The position numbers and the translations under genes were made by a program. The notes beneath the pieces were generated by a model. The model had not been told where the DNA came from. It was given only the letters and a program-made list of their open reading frames with translations, and ran no database searches. Below, piece by piece: positions 61,368 to 64,000 of a stretch of 64,000 nt of DNA. The first letter of the stretch is position 1, and every line of letters starts with the position of its first letter. The stretch comes from an uncultured Gemmatimonadaceae bacterium (lineage in GTDB: Bacteria > Gemmatimonadota > Gemmatimonadetes > Gemmatimonadales > Gemmatimonadaceae): the NCBI GenBank assembly GCA_963829055.1, contig CAWHHI010000004.1, forward strand, positions 704,001-768,000, in the 5' to 3' direction.

Positions 61368-61832
61368 TCACTCGCGAGCCGCGCGGCACGGACGATGGTC
61401 GCGGATCATCGGCAGCACCTCGAGCGTGGACGCTGCGACGTTAGGCGCGCAGCTGTACCCCATGCGCAGCCGTCGCGTCGCGGACGTCTTGGTCGTCGCC
61501 CGCAGAGAATCGACCTTGAGCTGTGCAGCCACCGTGCCGAACAGGCCATCCAGGAGCTCGTCGCCCGACGATGACACCAACTCGGCTCGCGTGACGGCGC
61601 CGGTGGTATCGGTGAGAACGGTGACGCGCACGTCGCCGCTCTCGGGCTTGTTCGCCGCCAGCCGCTCGGGGCATTGCACGCGCAGATACTGGTCGAGTGT
61701 CTGCGTCGCGGCATCGAGCTCGAAGCGCGGGTTCTTGGCGTCAGGGAGGTAGTAGCGCGTCACGGTATGCACGCATGCCGCCGCCACGAGCAACATCGCG
61801 ACGCCGAGCATGGTTAGGCGCTGCCGCGTCAT
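61368..61832 (-). CDS. Hypothetical lipoprotein with a TonB C-terminal-like domain
   Basis: Lipobox AAAC; SGDVRVTV..DTTGAVTRAELVSSSGDELLD resembles TonB_C/TolA. Confidence 0.6.
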   Translation of the reverse strand: MTRQRLTMLGVAMLLVAAACVHTVTRYYLPDAKNPRFELDAATQTLDQYLRVQCPERLAANKPESGDVRVTVLTDTTGAVTRAELVSSSGDELLDGLFGTVAAQLKVDSLRATTKTSATRRLRMGYSCAPNVAASTLEVLPMIRDHRPCRAARE

Positions 61833-61845
61833 CGCGGCCGGCCGC

Positions 61846-62898
61846 TCATAAAATGACCATCGCATCGCCATAGGAATAGAATCGGTAGCCTGTCTCGAGC
61901 GCTGTTCGATACGCGCGCATCGTGAGGTCGTACCCGGCGAACGCAGCGACGAGCATGATCAGCGTGGAGCGCGGAAGATGAAAGTTCGTGATCAGTTTGT
62001 CTACGGCGCGGAACTCGTACGGCGGCCGGATGAAGATACGCGTGTCGCCGCTCGCCGCGGCGAATGATCGGTCTTCGCGCGCCGCGCTCTCGAGCGTCCT
62101 CACCGACGTGGTGCCAACCGCCCAGATATTTCTGCCGTTCGCCCGCGCCGCGTTGAGCGTCTCGGCCGCGGCTTCACTGAGCCGAAACCACTCCTCGTGC
62201 ATCACGTGGTCCGCGGGATCGTCGGTTTCCACTGGCTTGAATGTTCCCGCGCCGACGTGGAGCAGGAGATCGGCGCGCCGGACCCCTTTTGCGGCGAGCG
62301 TGTCGAGAAGCTCCGGCGTGAAATGGAGGCCGGCGGTGGGTGCCGCGACCGATCCCGACTCGTTCGCGTAGACGGTCTGATACCGGTCCGTGTCCGTGGC
62401 TTCATCGCTGCGCGCGATGTAAGGCGGCAACGGAACGTGTCCGACGCGCTCTATCGCTTCGTCTATCGGCAACGGCGATCGCAGTTGCACGATGCGCGAG
62501 CGACGATCGGTCACCTCGAGGACATCAACGTCGAGCTCCGGCGCGATGTGAATCGTGCGGCCGGGTTTCACCTTTCCGCCGGGGTGGACGAGCGCCTCGA
62601 ACCGATCGTCGCCGAGTGGCTTGAGCAGAAACACTTCGGCGGGTGCACCGGAGTCTCGTGTGCCGAGGAGCCGGGCGCGGAAGACGCGCGTGGTGTTGAG
62701 CGCGAGCGCGTCGCCGGGTGCGACGAGCGTGGCAATGTCCGCGAAGCGGCCGTGATCGATCGTACCGGCGGCGCGGTTCACGATCATGAGCCGGCTCTGG
62801 TCGCGCCGCGCCGCGGGCGTCTGCGCTATGCGGTCGCGGGGGAGCTCGAAATCGTAGTCCGAGGTGCGGAGCCCGGGTGTGGCGTTAGGCGCTGTCAT
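61846..62898 (-). CDS. queA: S-adenosylmethionine:tRNA ribosyltransferase-isomerase
   Basis: YDFELP..IAQ, PLPPYI, YQTVYA, AAPTAGLHF, TNFHLPRSTL, YRFYSYGDAM. Confidence 0.96.
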   Translation of the reverse strand: MTAPNATPGLRTSDYDFELPRDRIAQTPAARRDQSRLMIVNRAAGTIDHGRFADIATLVAPGDALALNTTRVFRARLLGTRDSGAPAEVFLLKPLGDDRFEALVHPGGKVKPGRTIHIAPELDVDVLEVTDRRSRIVQLRSPLPIDEAIERVGHVPLPPYIARSDEATDTDRYQTVYANESGSVAAPTAGLHFTPELLDTLAAKGVRRADLLLHVGAGTFKPVETDDPADHVMHEEWFRLSEAAAETLNAARANGRNIWAVGTTSVRTLESAAREDRSFAAASGDTRIFIRPPYEFRAVDKLITNFHLPRSTLIMLVAAFAGYDLTMRAYRTALETGYRFYSYGDAMVIL

Positions 62899-63053
62899 TC
62901 CGAGCGGGTTGTCATTCCGAGCGAGCGTCAGCGAGTCGAGGAATCGCGAGCGTCCCGCTAGAGGGCCCTCTACCGAGGACAGTCTCGATTCCTCGACTCC
63001 GGCCTTCGGCCTCCGCTCGGAATGACACGGATCCCCGCTCGGCTCGGAATGAC
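62894..63053. repeat. Nested REP-like palindromic element (GTCATTCCGAGC ... GCTCGGAATGAC twice)
   Basis: Left ends at 62894 and 62911, right ends at 63015 and 63042; inner stem GAGTCGAGGAATCG / CGATTCCTCGACTC; central palindrome TAGAGGGCCCTCTA. Confidence 0.9.
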
Positions 63054-63057
63054 AGGG

Positions 63058-64000
63058 TCACCCTTCGAACAGCGTGCCCTGATTGTGCTGCGCTGGCGGA
63101 GTATAGCCGAAGTGTCGATAGGCGATGGACGTCGCGACGCGGCCGCGAGGTGTGCGCTGGAGGAAGCCGTTCTGAACGAGAAACGGCTCGTACACCTCTT
63201 CGATCGTGCTCGCATCTTCGCCGACAGCGGCCGCGATCGTGTTGATGCCGACCGGCCCGCCCTCGAACTTCTCGATGATCGACTTGAGGATGCGCGAGTC
63301 CATGTCGTCGAGGCCGAACTGGTCGACCTCGAGCAACTGCAACGCGTCGTGCGCAATGTCGCGGGTGATCGTGCCGTTGCCTTTCACCTGCGCGTAGTCG
63401 CGAACACGACGCAGCAGGCGGTTCGCGATGCGCGGCGTACCACGCGAGCGCCGAGACAGCTCCGCCGCGCCCTCCGGAACGATCGGCACCTTGAGCACCT
63501 CGGCCGTTCGATGCACGATGAGCTCGAGGTCTTCAGCCGGGTAGTAATTGAGTCGCTGCTCGATGCCGAACCGTGCGCGCATCGGCGGCGTCAGCATGCC
63601 AAGCCGAGTCGTCGCGCCGATCAGCGTGAACTTCTCGATCGGCATGGTGATCGTCTGCGCCTTCGGTCCTTCGGAGAGCCGGATGTCGATCCGGTAATCC
63701 TCCATCGCGGGATAGAGGAACTCCTCGATGATCGGGCGCAGGCGGTGGATCTCGTCGATGAACAGAATGTCGCCGGCTCGCAGATTCGTGAGCGTGCCTA
63801 CGAGATCACCGGGCTTCTCGAGCGCTGGCCCCGACGTCGTTCGGATGTTCACGCCAAGCTCTCGCGCGATGAGCTCGGCCAGCGTCGTTTTGCCGAGGCC
63901 GGGCGGGCCGAAGAACAGCGTGTGATCGAGCGGCTCACGCCGGCTGAGGGCGGCGTCGATGTAGATACGAAGGCTGTCCTTCACCTTCTGCTGGCCAATG
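63058..64000 (-). CDS. ruvB: Holliday junction branch migration ATPase (5' end off the window)
   Basis: [44 protein letters not shown]; the frame stays open to the edge. Confidence 0.97.
   Translation of the reverse strand, partial: IGQQKVKDSLRIYIDAALSRREPLDHTLFFGPPGLGKTTLAELIARELGVNIRTTSGPALEKPGDLVGTLTNLRAGDILFIDEIHRLRPIIEEFLYPAMEDYRIDIRLSEGPKAQTITMPIEKFTLIGATTRLGMLTPPMRARFGIEQRLNYYPAEDLELIVHRTAEVLKVPIVPEGAAELSRRSRGTPRIANRLLRRVRDYAQVKGNGTITRDIAHDALQLLEVDQFGLDDMDSRILKSIIEKFEGGPVGINTIAAAVGEDASTIEEVYEPFLVQNGFLQRTPRGRVATSIAYRHFGYTPPAQHNQGTLFEG

Overview
High-GC (about two-thirds by eye), gene-dense bacterial chromosomal segment. It is mostly core or housekeeping content; gene content and order suggest Gemmatimonadota (inference, not verified). 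About 62 CDS are present, including ruvB-queA-tgt-yajC-def-fmt-thiE-thiS-thiG-rsmB-PASTA-rpe, tsaD, lgt, acpS, tamA/tamB, glcDEF, aroB, a sigma70 factor and a hybrid kinase/NtrC-like pair. I recognised no tRNA, rRNA, CRISPR array, transposase or prophage. About 13 single-base indels break otherwise intact genes (including fmt), most simply explained as long-read assembly error. Highlights: (1) a SAM-II riboswitch with an intrinsic terminator heading a hom / ThrC-like / MoaD-like / MoeB operon, which points to a sulfur-carrier route to homocysteine and methionine; (2) the non-palindromic heptamer CCTAACG/CGTTAGG is strongly over-represented on both strands (36 copies counted by eye); (3) several families of heptamer-based and palindromic dispersed repeats, one inserted in-frame in tgt and one supplying the likely queA start codon; (4) recurring TANNNT boxes 6-8 nt before start codons, suggesting leaderless transcription; (5) an NtrC-like protein without GAFTGA and a HAD protein with a D-to-E change at the nucleophile.
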